64,000 nt of DNA from Amoeboaphelidium protococcarum X5 (Eukaryota; Fungi; Aphelidiomycota): positions 171,345 through 235,344 of the forward strand of contig JALDTO010000266.1 of NCBI GenBank assembly GCA_023515725.1, written 5' to 3'. Each line of letters starts with the position of its first letter. Position 1 is the stretch's first letter. Position numbers and translations under genes: made by a program. This document shows, piece after piece, positions 40,616-53,300 of the stretch. The notes below the pieces were generated by a model. The model saw only the letters and a list, made by a program, of their open reading frames with translations, searched no databases and was not told the DNA's origin.

Positions 40616-43050
40616 ATGGGAACAGACCAGCCGCGTTACATCAAAGTGGATAAACATGTGATTCTGACTGCTGTGGAAAAGCTGATACTTCCAGAAAATG
40701 ATCGTTCATCCTTGCGCAGCAAGGTTAACTTAAAAGAGTTCATTAGTCTTTTATCTGTCAGGCTTCGTTACAAAGCTGGTGATTTGGATGAAATTAGTCT
40801 GTCTACTGATTGCTTTAGCTGCTCTGTTACAATTAAGTTCGATAACATCATTAGCCCACTTTGGCCGAGAGATTTACCAGCAATCGTGTTGCAATTTCAT
40901 GCATTATGTCCTAATGGTGAGAATATACCTGTGGTGTTGGCACAGCCCTTGGAAGGTATTCCAGTGATAAATGGATATCAGTGCAGAAGATGCAATAGTC
41001 TCTGTGCTTCGATTCAAAGCATGACTAGGCATCTTCACACCGTGCATCAAATACGTCGATAACACGAGTTATACGTACAGGGCGATATAGTTATGCAAAA
41101 AGTGTTTAGATCAGCCTTGATTGGGTAAAAGAAATTATACCAAGTCTTACAGGCTGTTTTATAGGCTGAACAACCTCTAGAATAACTGCCAAATCTACAA
41201 TGGCATCGAAATCCTCTCTTCCAGACAATGCTGTAAGGGAGGTAATTGGGTAATGTGTTGCAAATGCCGCAGGAGACCACATATACGCGTCTCCGCCTCC
41301 CGTACGTATGCTAACACAAGGGAGGACTTACTAGTAAAGAAGTCAAAGTCGATGGATGTGTCATAGATGCGCGTTGTTGCTGTCGCTTTAACTAATTGCA
41401 AATATTTGGGTTCTCCAATACAAGGTGCCAATGTAATTGGTGTTGATCCTGGTGTCGCCGCCAAGAGATATTTTATTAACAATAGTTAGCCAAATACTAG
41501 TTGAAATTCTTCAAAGCCTTCGTATTTTCATTATTTAGTTCCTATGTTATTACTCCCTTCAACTTCAAAATTATGGCGTCCATAAACTTCATGGTAACCA
41601 TTAGGCGAAGCACGTCTCTTTACGCAGATTCGACATACGCAGGCAACTACATCTTCATTTCAGCCTTGTCACCTAATTCAACATTATTTAGCATTCAAGT
41701 TTTAAGCATTGTATCTATCTCCAACCTTGCCTTAAAACTTTCGATTGCCCTATCTGACCGCCGACGCTGGTGCTGTTAATCTTGTGCTACTCTTTATAGA
41801 ATTTGATCAGGTCCTTTTGACGGTCAAATTCTGAGGTCTGATATGATCACCGACATTGGTCAACTAAGCGAATTGATCATCAGAGACTTTTAACTATTTC
41901 AAAGGAGCTCCGTAATTTGATTTTAAATATCCATCATATTAAGCTCTTAAAAACACTGTATGGGGGTAGGTAGTATGACATTATTGCAAATAATACCAAG
42001 TGCATTAACATCACACTCTGGTGCACAAGCACAAGCACAGTGACTGTCAATCTGTTGAAAACGCAGAGAATCGATCTTACCGTGCGTTGATTATTGACAC
42101 GCGTACTTTACCATACTTTTGATAACTATTGGATTTTAGTAATCTTAACAAGCTACCAGTTCCTTTAAGATGTGGCTACAGACGATGGAGAAACACCAGT
42201 CTAACAAGTGAGTTGACTACTACATTATGCAGCAGAGGTACTTCCACTTGACAATGGTTGACCAGCATTGGTAGCATTGCCTTAACGACTGTCATCACCG
42301 AATGGTTTGATATTAGTCGGCTTACAGGAAGACTTCAAAATAAACTTTTCTGATCAAATGCCACTTGATGAAAGAAGCGCGCAGAGCAGGATATATATTC
42401 CAAATAGAGTCCTTCCAGGCGATATTAGACTGAGCATGTGCCACAAAATCAAGTCGGCTTTAGTGTAGCATTGGCGTATTCAGTATCTGCTCAAGAATGA
42501 GAACTGGAACGGGCTTTGTTATACCAAATATCCCAAGTATATTGAGATCTATTCTGCCAGCCGCCTTAATTCTGGCATTGACTTTGTTTCTCGCCTTATC
42601 ATTCAGATCCACCTCCGTTCTCTGTGGATGGAAGTACTACTGAAATTCCAGTAGTATCCTTCGCCAGCTAGTTCCATAAAGAATCATGCCAGTGATTAGA
42701 GCGTGTAATTCTTGATCTGTCGCTTGCAATTTAAATACTTGTCAACCGGAGGCAGTCTTTGGTGAATGAATAGCGTAAACTATTCTAGCTCTGCATAGAA
42801 TATTGTCATTATCTCACCCTTTGACTTCTTTCTCAGCTCACTTGTCCATTTCAGTAAATATATTCTCTAATTGATGGTAATACTGTACGATGCGTTGTGT
42901 CAGCTTCCAGGTACCCATGAGAAAGCCTTCAAATTGTTTTCACCAAACTTGATTACAAGAGCAGCCAACTCTCTTTGACGCGTCTCGAAGGTATTCAAAG
43001 TTACCGAACCAGACCCAGAGTAACTATTGGCATAGTTCTTGCACATAATT
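40616..43050 (+). pseudogene. Decayed DUF3505/OrsD-type zinc-finger element (telomere-linked-helicase-like)
   Basis: QPLEGIPVINGYQCRRCNSLCASIQSMTRHLHTVH...MQKVF...KKLYQV resembles the OrsD/DUF3505 pattern. Downstream sequence looks coding but is broken by frameshifts and TGAs; the 3' limit is approximate. Confidence 0.5.
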
Positions 43051-43310
43051 TTATAAATGGTTTCATTTTTACTTGAATAACTCTAAACTTGACTCACAGC
43101 GTAAATTATAGATCCGCTTATTATCCAGCGTCACTACATTTTTCAATTATTATTACCCTCTACGAGAACAGTACAGTACTGTCAGTCGCCCATCGCCAAT
43201 GGGTGGGTTTCTTCTTTTCAAATCTTTCAATCTTTTCATCAAAGTGATCGCCCGGAAAACTTTCTTTACTTTGAAAAGGCAAAGTTTATTAAAGTAGAAA
43301 GTCATCAGAA

Positions 43311-44423
43311 ATGAGTGTCGTGCAAAGGATCAAAGATATTGAGGATGAGTTGGCCAAGACGCAGAAGAATAAAGCCACGTCGCATCACATTGGTATTCTT
43401 AAGGCTAAGCTGGCTAAATTGAGAAAGGAGCTGCTGGAGCCTACCAAGGCGGGTGGTAGTGGCCCTGGTGTTGGATTCGACGTGGCCAAGACTGGTAACG
43501 CGCGTGTTGGATTCATCGGATTCCCTTCGGTGGGTAAGAGTACGCTGATGAGCAAGCTGACGGGTACTCACTCCGAGGTGGCCGCGTATGAATTTACCAC
43601 CCTGACCACAGTGCCGGGAGTGCTCATGTACAAGGGTGCCAAGATGTAGATTCTGGATCTGCCGGGTATTTTGGAGGGCGCGAAAGATGGTAAAGGTAGA
43701 GGTAGACAGGTTATCGCTGTGGCTAGAACGTGCTCCCTCATTTTTATGGTTCTGGATGTGATGAAGCCATTATCTCATAAGCGTATCCTGGAGAAGGAGT
43801 TGGAAGGATACGGAATTCGACTTAACAAGGAGCCTCCGAATATCTCATTCAAGAAGAAGATGAAGGGTGGTGTCAGTATTACCAACACTGTGCCCGGTGG
43901 TCTTACTCACTTGGATAATGATGGTATCAAGGCTATACTATCAGAGTACAGAATCCATAATGCTGATTTGACGTTTCGCTGTGATGCTACAGAGGATGAT
44001 TTGATCGATGTCATCTCGGAGATGAAGCCTGTGTATGTCCCGTGCATATACGTTCTGAATAAGATTGACTCAATCTTTATTGAAGAGTTGGACATTCTGG
44101 CCAAGATTCCTAACTGTGTACCAGTGTCCTCGCAGCATGAGTGGAATTTTGATGATCTTCTGGAGACGATGTGGTAGAAATTGAAGCTGGTCAGAGTATA
44201 CACCAAGCCAAAGGGTCAGCTGCCAGATTACAATTAGCCGGTTGTATTGAGAGGAGGCAAGTGCTCGGTGGAAGATTTCTGTAATCACATCCACAAGACC
44301 ATTGTGAAAGAGTTCAAGACTGCCATCGTGTGGGGTAGTTCTGTGAAGCATCAGCCATAACGCGTCGGTATTGATCACATTCTAGCTGACGAAGATGTGG
44401 TTTAGATTATAAAGAAATCTTGA
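43311..44423 (+). CDS. DRG1: Developmentally regulated GTP-binding protein 1 (Rbg1), 370 aa
   Basis: [38 protein letters not shown] (Q=TAG), [19 protein letters not shown] (TAA), DEDVVQIIKK (TAG). Confidence 0.96.
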
Positions 44424-44477
44424 ATTGAAATTTGATTGATTAAAAGATTTATTTATATAAATTCGTCCAATTATTGA

Positions 44478-46511
44478 TCATTAATTCTTTTCTACGCTTC
44501 TAGGTTCATGGACAATGATATTAGGCAACTTGGACTTGGACACTTCAATCTTCCTCCTACCAACTTCTTCCAAAAACACTGCAGTAACGGCAATAACAGC
44601 AATGATGCCAAGAAATACTGATACAGGCATATAATCGTTACTACAAAGATCTACAATAATTGCGCAGAGACCGGCAAAGAATCGTATACTCAATCTAAGG
44701 CCTTTGGTGAATCGATGGATAAGAATCACATCATCCTCATGGTGATACTTCATAGGTAATAGACATCGAGGTAACTTTGGAAGTTGATCTGGCAACTTTT
44801 CGTCATAATTCTGATCCCCAATTCTACTCTGCAAATACTACTGACTATTGAGAGCCAATTCAATGTCTTGTACGGCATTCTGATCCGTTATAGATTAATC
44901 AGATTACTAGTATCGACTAGACACTCTTCTCGTCAACTGAGGACGTCTGAATCTGTTCTATACTCTAAACAGAACATTATGAACAAAATGTCGACCAAAT
45001 TGCTTAACCTTCGCATCTGTATCTCTACAATGATACAATGCACCCATCAAAGTGAGCACAAACATTGACGCCGCATATCCACCAGACACCAACCACCTGA
45101 CGGCACCATATCCAGCATGACCCAGCTCGCTCTACTCCAGCTCTGTTAACCCGAAAGCTGCGGGATTATAAATCTTGGGATCATGCTTTACCATTATTCC
45201 AATACCTGCACCGAGTATAATAAGAAAGGCAGACAGCCACAGATGACAAAGAGTCCATACTATACCATTTAGAGGCTTATATCTGAGTGGGTGAGTAAAT
45301 CTACCACTATATCCATCAATCAAGTAAAAGTACATCCATTACAGAGATGCCACAATAAAGAAGCCGAGGATACTATCTAAATACAGGTAGGAAAACGTTG
45401 GAAACTCTGACGATGGTATAATGGCAAAGATCAATTCACCAAAGATGACAATAATGAACAGACCCATCCTTTCTACCCAGTGCTCAATGTTCAGGGCGAC
45501 TCGGTACACGAAAAGTCTCTTCAACGACATTGAGAGGGCCATCCCAGCAATATAAGACGCCACATCTAATAAGTATCCAACAAGGTAAAGACTCCTCATC
45601 ATAGTCATACCATTTGGAACTGTGATAGGAATAAAGAGACTAACAAAGTACGGTATAAGTGATATCTAAGGCAGGAGTGTGGCGAGGGCCAGATAACGTA
45701 GAAACTCTGGATTAATCACACCTTGAGCAATCACAGCGCCGCAATGCAAAACTCTAAGAATCAAAAAGGTTATGATAAAGATGTTGGCAGAGTTCTTGTC
45801 TGGATTCTAATTAAACGCGTTCTCAGCATTTAGGCCCATCCCAAAGATCAGAATCATAACCAAATACAGCCCCAGTCTATCAGCGATGCCTTGCTAACCA
45901 AATCTATTCAGATAAGAGGTGATATTGTACCACGCAGACACCACAGGGACAAGGACAAGAAAAAAATCTACAATATTCCACCATGTGATGGGACTGACAT
46001 ACTTGCTCTTGTAGTCATGCGAGGCGCCCAACTCCACAATGTGAGACAGTTTCTGCGTGACCGAGACAAAGAGCAGATCCAAAAACAGTTCATCCCATGA
46101 AACTCGCCGAGCATCGCGTTCTCGGTACAAAACGTCTCCGATGAAAAACTGACGCGGGCGATGTCTGTGCGATCTGCCATTGTTATCATTATCACTATTA
46201 TTACTACTGCCGGGATCTTCTAGATGGTCGCCATTATCGTTGAGGTAAAAGATTTTTACATGACCAAATTCATGATGAGTAAAATGATGCTCTTTATCAG
46301 TATCCATCGGCTCTATAACTTGCAACTCCACTTTTGACAATTTCAGCACAGTCTCATGCTACCCGATATCAGCACTGTCATTACTATTAATAGTGGTGGA
46401 ATCATTAGTTGACGCTTATCCAAATTCAGGCTCTGGGACACTTTCTTATTAATTCTAATTACTTGCAATATTGACAATAGATGTACCAAAACTGTTCCGA
46501 TCACCCATCAT
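44478..46511 (-). CDS. Low temperature requirement A (LtrA) family membrane protein; alternative ATG at 46577
   Basis: VSWDELFLDLLFV, YLNRF and EHWVERMGLFIIVIFGE with multiple TMs. Four ORF fragments share one frame ending TAA-TGA. Confidence 0.85.
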
Positions 46512-46938
46512 ATAAGACTTGTATGACTGCGATTTTATGACACTTAAGGAAAGCTTAATTGTTTGACAGATTCTCATTTTACATCTGACGCGACGATCCC
46601 TCGCCACTCACTCTTTGACACTCCGCGCGAAGAAAGTCCAGTCATCGGATGTATACAAACGTAAGAATCGAAGTTTTATCTGACTGCAATGTATGTTAAT
46701 CATATCAAAGCGTTCTTGTTACTGTATAAATTCCAAGGAACCTAATTTGGACTGTAAAAGTGAATATTGTTCCTTGACTTGTCGATTTAGACAAATGACT
46801 TCAATTGAATGAATTTGTACAGCAGTGGACCAGGTCCTAATGTATTACCATCCCAAAAAAGTTTTGTAATTGAATGGTAGAAAGGCATTCTAAAGATACG
46901 GAATATATACAATCAAACTGATCAATTTCACTCTCCTC

Positions 46939-47010
46939 GCCCGATTAGCTCAGCGGTAGAGCAGTGGACTTTTAATCCAAAGGTCATCGGTTCGATCCCG
47001 ATATCGGGCG
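46939..47010 (+). tRNA. tRNA-Lys (anticodon UUU)
   Basis: Acceptor stem GCCCGAT/ATCGGGC+G, D-arm TAGCTCAGCGGTAGAGC, anticodon loop CTTTTAA, T-arm ATCGG-TTCGATC-CCGAT, downstream oligo-T terminator. Confidence 0.95.
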
Positions 47011-47628
47011 TTTACTTTTTCATTCCACATGCAATAACGACTTATTTGCAATTTAAAGTCTTCTTTTTTATGAATTGGCTTTGATACTCTTTCACCATAG
47101 CCTTGAAATTGTTTTTTTATTTGGCTTTCAATTGCTCAGGTGGAGGAGAAACTTCTGAGATCTCAGTCGCGTTTCAACAATTTAGGAGAACTGTGACGTA
47201 AAGTAAAACTATCAAAGAAGTTCTCATAACTGCTAGTCGCATTAAAAGAGTGGTCATATTTATTAAGTTGCGTGCATAGATAAGTTCAGTTATATGAATG
47301 TAAGTGTTCCAAGTGTTTAGGGGCCATCAACGCGTTTTCGTAATAGTTGAACATTTTCACAATTTTTCACGTTCATGATAAGACTACATATTTATGAGCA
47401 CATCACCGTGGTGTGGCAGATTAAAATGCATAAGGATTACTCATATAAGTTTTCTATTAATTAAGTAAGGGCAAAACGTTTCTTGTCAATCACTGAATTA
47501 TCGAAGAGCTTATTCGCCGGCTGAAAAGGACCACCCTTGTAACGTTCATTGTCGCTCTAACTTTTTTCCTATAGTGTGCAAAACAAACTCTTTTCCCATG
47601 CTGTTGAGTTCACCAGTAAATTTACATT

Positions 47629-48751
47629 ATGCAAGCTGTAACAATTAAATGTAAGCTATTTGAGTTTGAAAGAATTTTCAAATTAATGTAATTCCTATTA
47701 TGTATATGTAGCTGGTAGAATTGAGGCCACTATCCTAAACTATGGAGCCACTGTGCAATCATTAAAAGTTCCCAACAAGTATGGGAAAATTATTGACGTG
47801 GTTCTGGGTCATGATAATGCAGATTATTACCTTTTTGATAAAGGGTCCAATGCGTACTTTGGCTGTATATGTGGGCGCGTTGCTAATAGGATAGCTCATG
47901 GAAAGTTTTCTCTGGATGGTGTTGATTACACGTTGGCAGTGAACAATGGGTAGAATGCTCTTCATGGGGGACCTAAGTAAGCATTCAGTCACTAATATTG
48001 GACGATTATAGACCAAGCTAGTGATCGAGTGACTCTTTAGCTAGTATCAGAAGACATGCAAGAGGGCTATCCTGGCTCACTGTAGACTCAAGTCATATAT
48101 CATGTCTTTGAGGACTGTGATAATAAGTAGTATGGTCTTTGCATCAAGTATCACTCATAGCTGCTCAATGGCGAATCTACCATTCTCAATTTGACAAACC
48201 ATTCATATTTCAATTTATCTGGATCGTGTAAGGATAGTATTGTTGGAAATCATGTATTTCAAATTGGATCGTTGTAGTATCTAGAGTTTGATGCTGACAA
48301 TCACCAAATACCAACTGGTAAAATACTTGATACTTAAAACACTCCATTAGATCTATCTTAATCGCAGAACCTGAAAGATAAAATCAATAATCTGCAGAAA
48401 TGGAGAGGTTATGATCATTGCTACGCGATTGACACGTCCAAGTCAAAAGTCTCTCTATAACAAGTTGCCATGGTACAATGTCCGCAGTCCGGAGTGTAGA
48501 TGCTATTTGAAACCACAGAACCGGCGTTCATGTTCTACACTGCTAATTGGCTAGACGAAAAAGTGAATAAACTGGCAAAGACGTGTCATGCAGTTGAAGG
48601 CTACGGATAATATGCTGGCTTTTGCTTTGAAGCTCAGCGATATGTTGATGCGATCAATCACAAAGATGTCGGATGGGATAAATAAGTTATTCTAAGAAAA
48701 GGTGAACACTACACCCAGACCACTTAATACTCATTTTCAATCAATCATTGA
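47629..48751 (+). CDS. Aldose 1-epimerase (galactose mutarotase); intron 47651-47711
   Basis: NYGATVQSL, YFGCICGRVANRI, LHGG, GYPG, NLTNHSYFNL, GYDHCY, FCFEAQ.YVDAINH. Confidence 0.92.
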
Positions 48752-49025
48752 TTAGTGAACAAACACTTGTTATTTGTATAATTCTATTCTCAGAGTCAAG
48801 TTAATGTAAATAAATCGGTAAATTGTTTAAAGTGTTTCCAAGCCACTGTTTTATCGTCATGGTGCGAATGCTCTGCTCTCACGAATCATAACGAGCGATC
48901 TTTGAGCCTTTGAAACGGCTCGCCCCAAACTCTTCTGCGAACAGAGCGAACAAAGTTGAAACAATCCAAACTCAACTTTTTATTTCTTTAGTAACTGTAA
49001 TAATTTAACTGCAAGTCAACTCACA

Positions 49026-49806
49026 ATGTCCAAGAAGGTTGAGATTACTAATCTGACTCCAGAGTCAGCGTAAGTTTATTAAATACATTTTGTCAGCTAT
49101 AATCATTGACGATTATCATTTCTAGGTAGTTACTCTGATGTGATCACTTTTGAAGGTGGAAGATTCAAGAACTTGTCTAAGGAAGTTGTCGACTAATCTC
49201 GCAAGAACTTTAAGGTATATCATCATTCTGTCATTCCAGCTATAGAATAACATCAATTGTATGTTGTAGTCTTATGATTTGGATTCTGACAATTTCTTGG
49301 ACTTTCATGATGTGACCAAGATGATGGAGAAGCTGTAGCAGACCAAGACTGCGACTGAGGTGAAGAAGATGATTCAGGAAATTGACAAGGATCAGGATGG
49401 TAAAATTAGTTTTATCGAATTTCTGGCCATGCTGAGTGGACCAGATCAGAATGGAAAGGCTCCAGATTCTGCAGATTTGCCAATCTTTGGTCGTATCTAC
49501 AATGTAAGTTTTTCTCTGTTTCAGTGATTGACTGACTGATCATATCTCTATATTCGATATCTTTGATTAATGTAGGGCGGTCTATCTCAACATGCAAAGT
49601 TCTTTGAGCAGTAGGCTGCAGCTACTAAGGACACTACTGCTGACAACCGTGACAAGATCAAGAAGGAGTATGAGGAGAAGAAGAAATTGCAGGATGCACG
49701 CAAGGCTGAGCTGGACCGTGAGCGTAAGGAGGCTGAGGAGAAGGAGCGCATCAAGGAGGAGTCCAAGTAACGCTTGGCTGCCCGTGCTGCAATGTTCCAG
49801 AAGTGA
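49026..49806 (+). CDS. EF-hand protein, EFHD/swiprosin/AIF1-like; three introns
   Basis: YDLDSDNFLDFHDVTKMMEKL, MIQEIDKDQDGKISFIEFL, AKFFEQQA and a C-terminal coiled coil ending AAMFQK-TGA. Confidence 0.8.
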
Positions 49807-50324
49807 TCACGTAGTTTGCAAGCTTTCCCTATGATGAAATGATAGTGATGATAATGACGAGGGTTTAAGTTTAATGGTAACTTTTCTTGTGTGAATCTTT
49901 TTTACCTTTTAATTCTCCTTTCGGTTGGTACAAGTTGACGGGAATTCTGTTTCTGAAACTAATTTTTGAAATCTCCTTACTATGCTACATTCACTTCTAC
50001 TGAGAACTCCAGACAAAGATAGTATCTACAAGATAGACAAAGAGTGATCCATATATAATATTCTATACAAGATGTTTTCTATCATTCTCCATCTCTACAA
50101 AAAAGTTAAAAAATCTATGATGCAACAGTAGAGGGATGTGACTCAGTCAATGGCGATCCGATGATGAAGCTCAGCTGGCGCAGTGTCCTTGAAGGATGAC
50201 GGACGATCGTCGTTTCTCTTTTTCCCGCCCGAGATAATGAGCAATCGTCTGCTTTTAGTGTAATAGCAACCGGACAATTTTCTCATCTAAACAACAGCAA
50301 GAACAAAGAAAGACTAGTAAATAA

Positions 50325-53300
50325 ATGTCTGCCGTGGAGAAAACAGTACTACTAAGACGGAGTTAGTAAGATACACCAGATATACAATTTAATCGTATCA
50401 AGGGCGATCTACTGAGAGATGGTAAAGGATCTCAATTAAGTGTGTAAGGTGCTGCTGTGTTGCCTGATCAATTCTACTAGATCTAATAATGGCAGGGATT
50501 GTTTCCTGGCGATAGTGATGGTGACGTATGCTTAGATATCTCGCAATTACAGTCTGATGCTAGTACTTTCAAGTAGTTCTCTGATGATCTTGTATCCTAA
50601 TGCTATAGGCAAGTTGAATCCTATGAGGCGTACCGACAAGAATGTTAAATTATATCTGGTTTGGTGCAAAGAGTCGGACTATCCACTGCTAGTCTCAAGA
50701 TTCTAATACCGGTAAACTACACATTGGATAACTCTCAATTCAGTCAGCTTAGTCTCAATGCCAAAAGTTAGTACGCCTCAAACAGTAGTAGTCCAGTGCC
50801 TATTCATAAGGAGTTTAACGGCAGTCGTACTTCTCCCACACTAGAATTCCCACAGACTGCACGTAATATAACGTCATCTTAAGGCATACCTCCGAGTCTT
50901 CATCTATAAGAATTGAGTAGAGGAGTACTCGAGAGTCCCAAGTTTCTTTATAGTGGCCTATCGTTGGATGGCTATTAGAGTCTGAGCTAATTAGTACCTC
51001 TTGATATCATTAGAATATTTAGTGCTGGGGAAATTACTGATGAGTTTGAGTTAAAGAAGATTTCTGATATCGTTAAAGCGGACATCATGTTGCGCGTCTG
51101 TGAAAGTATTCTACTTCTTCATAATGAAGGTTTGGTAGTGCGAAAGTTGTATCTCTCCACTGTCCTATGCAAGTTGTCGGTGGACTTCGATATTCAAGTG
51201 AAGCTGTATGACTTTTCGCACGTGGTGCCTGTGAATAGCTCTGTATCATCAGATATCGATATCAGATATTGTGCGCCGGAACTATTTAATGATAATCCAC
51301 GTGCTACTTTTAGTTAGGATATCTATGCGCTTGGTATTTTGTTCTATCAGTTGTTACTCGGATCAATGCCGTTTGATAAAGTCTCGTAGGCTTCGGTAAA
51401 ATTGCATCTGGATGAAACGCCTGTTAATATGAGTTCCAGTATCGTATCTGTTAGGAGTAGCTCTGGCAGTGGAGCATCGCCATATTCTGGCTCATTAAAA
51501 AAGGGCCTGGAGAGTCCGATGAGAAGTTACGAGGTTGAAGATCCATTGCATGTCAGGCACACGCATTTGGCTATAGAGTTCAAGAGTCCTTATGAATTAA
51601 TCAAGTAGTAGGAGTAGTAGTAGGAAAGATAGCTTTTGTATTCTTAGTATCTTTCCGATGTGGTTATGCGCATGCTAGCGAAGGATCCAAAGAAGCGATA
51701 CTCTGGCTTGAAGAGTCTTATTGCAGACCTGCGAAATTATAAAGCCATGCTCATTCGCAATGATGATTATAAAGATGTGTATGCATTGAGAGCTGGCAGG
51801 TATGATACTTTGTCCGTAATTGGCTATCCTCAGCGGTTGTATGGTCGTGAGCATTTGATCTCGGCAATGATGTAAACGCTGGAAGTTGAAAATCTACAAT
51901 AAGGAGTTTAATTGGTGTTACTTGATGGTTACAGTGGTGTTGGGAAGACTTCATTCTTTTATGAATTCCGAAAGTTGGTGACTGGTCGTCAGAATGGTCA
52001 GTTAGAGGAGGATTAGGCGGTGTAATTGCCAGTTTTCGTGCAAGGTAAGGTGGATTAGTTTGATAGAATGACTCCGTTGCTTGCCATCATTTAAGCCTTC
52101 AGTCCACTGATCTCAAGGTTTGTCAGTCAGTTGAAATAGTACGTCCCTTCAAAGCATATCCTTAACATAATAGATAAATTGATCACCTCTTTGGATGGTA
52201 TGGGACAGGTATTGGCTGATGTGTTTCCTGAGTTATCTGCTCTTCTTGGTCCTCTGCAACCTGTCCCCTCATTGTCGCCTCAGGATAGGGAGAAGCGCTT
52301 TATGAATGCATTCTCTAAGTTTGTTGGAGCTCTGGCGAGTGATCAGTATCCTCTAATCATTTTTATGGACGACCTGCAGTGGAGTGATCATGGCACCATA
52401 TCGTTGTTAGAGTATCTGGCATTCAATGCGCATCTCCAGAAAATATGTAATGTCATTATTGTGGCAGCGTATAGGAGTAATGAAGTTTCTCCTGATGGTC
52501 ATCTGAGAGAGTTTATACGCAAAGCTGAGTAGAAATATGCGTAAGCTAAAGATCAATCAAGTGTATGCTTTATTCGACTATAAGACCTCTCAGATAATTG
52601 TGTGGTTTCTATAGTGTAAGATGTTCTTCATAGTCAGGTGGCTTCATCTGATATCATTGAAAATCTTTCTGGTATAGTTTATGCCAAGACTAGGGGTAAT
52701 CCATTCTTCGTCATTGAATATCTGAAAGCCATGGTTCACCGGGATCTGTTGTGGTTCGATTGGGAGACCACTGCATGGAATTGCAGTTTGCAGGATATAG
52801 CCAATTGCGACCTCAGTGAGAATGTAGTAGATTTTCTGTCGTAGAGTTTTATTAAGCTGCAAGAGGCCACGCGAGTTTCGTTGAAGCTTTGTGCTTTTAT
52901 CGGTCATAGAGTAGACTGCAAAGTCTTGAGTCAGTTGAGTATATCCGAGTTGATTGATCCTTCCGTGTTAGAGAGTGGTATTGACGATGCTCTGAAGTAG
53001 GGATATCTATTTGATGATAAGTCCACAGAAGAGTTCTTATTCTCCCATGACAGAATATAATAGGCTGCCTACTTTTAGTGTAATGATCGCAGCCAGGAGA
53101 AGCGCCTTCATTTGAAGATTGCATCCATTCTACTTGGTAGGTGTGAGATTAATTTACAGCTGAAATCGCTGCTTAATCTCTTTGACATTGTGAAGCATCT
53201 GAATCAAAGTTTTGATAATGAGCTTGATGCACTCAGAGTTGATCGTCGATTTTCTAGGTGGAATATGGCGTTTGTCAATTTAATGGCTGCTGAAAAGGCA

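Noticed and set aside
46939-47010. tRNA as a UAA-decoding (UUA anticodon) suppressor explaining the code
   Set aside because: The loop CTTTTAA places UUU at positions 34-36, and the body and G discriminator are Lys-type. It is an ordinary tRNA-Lys.
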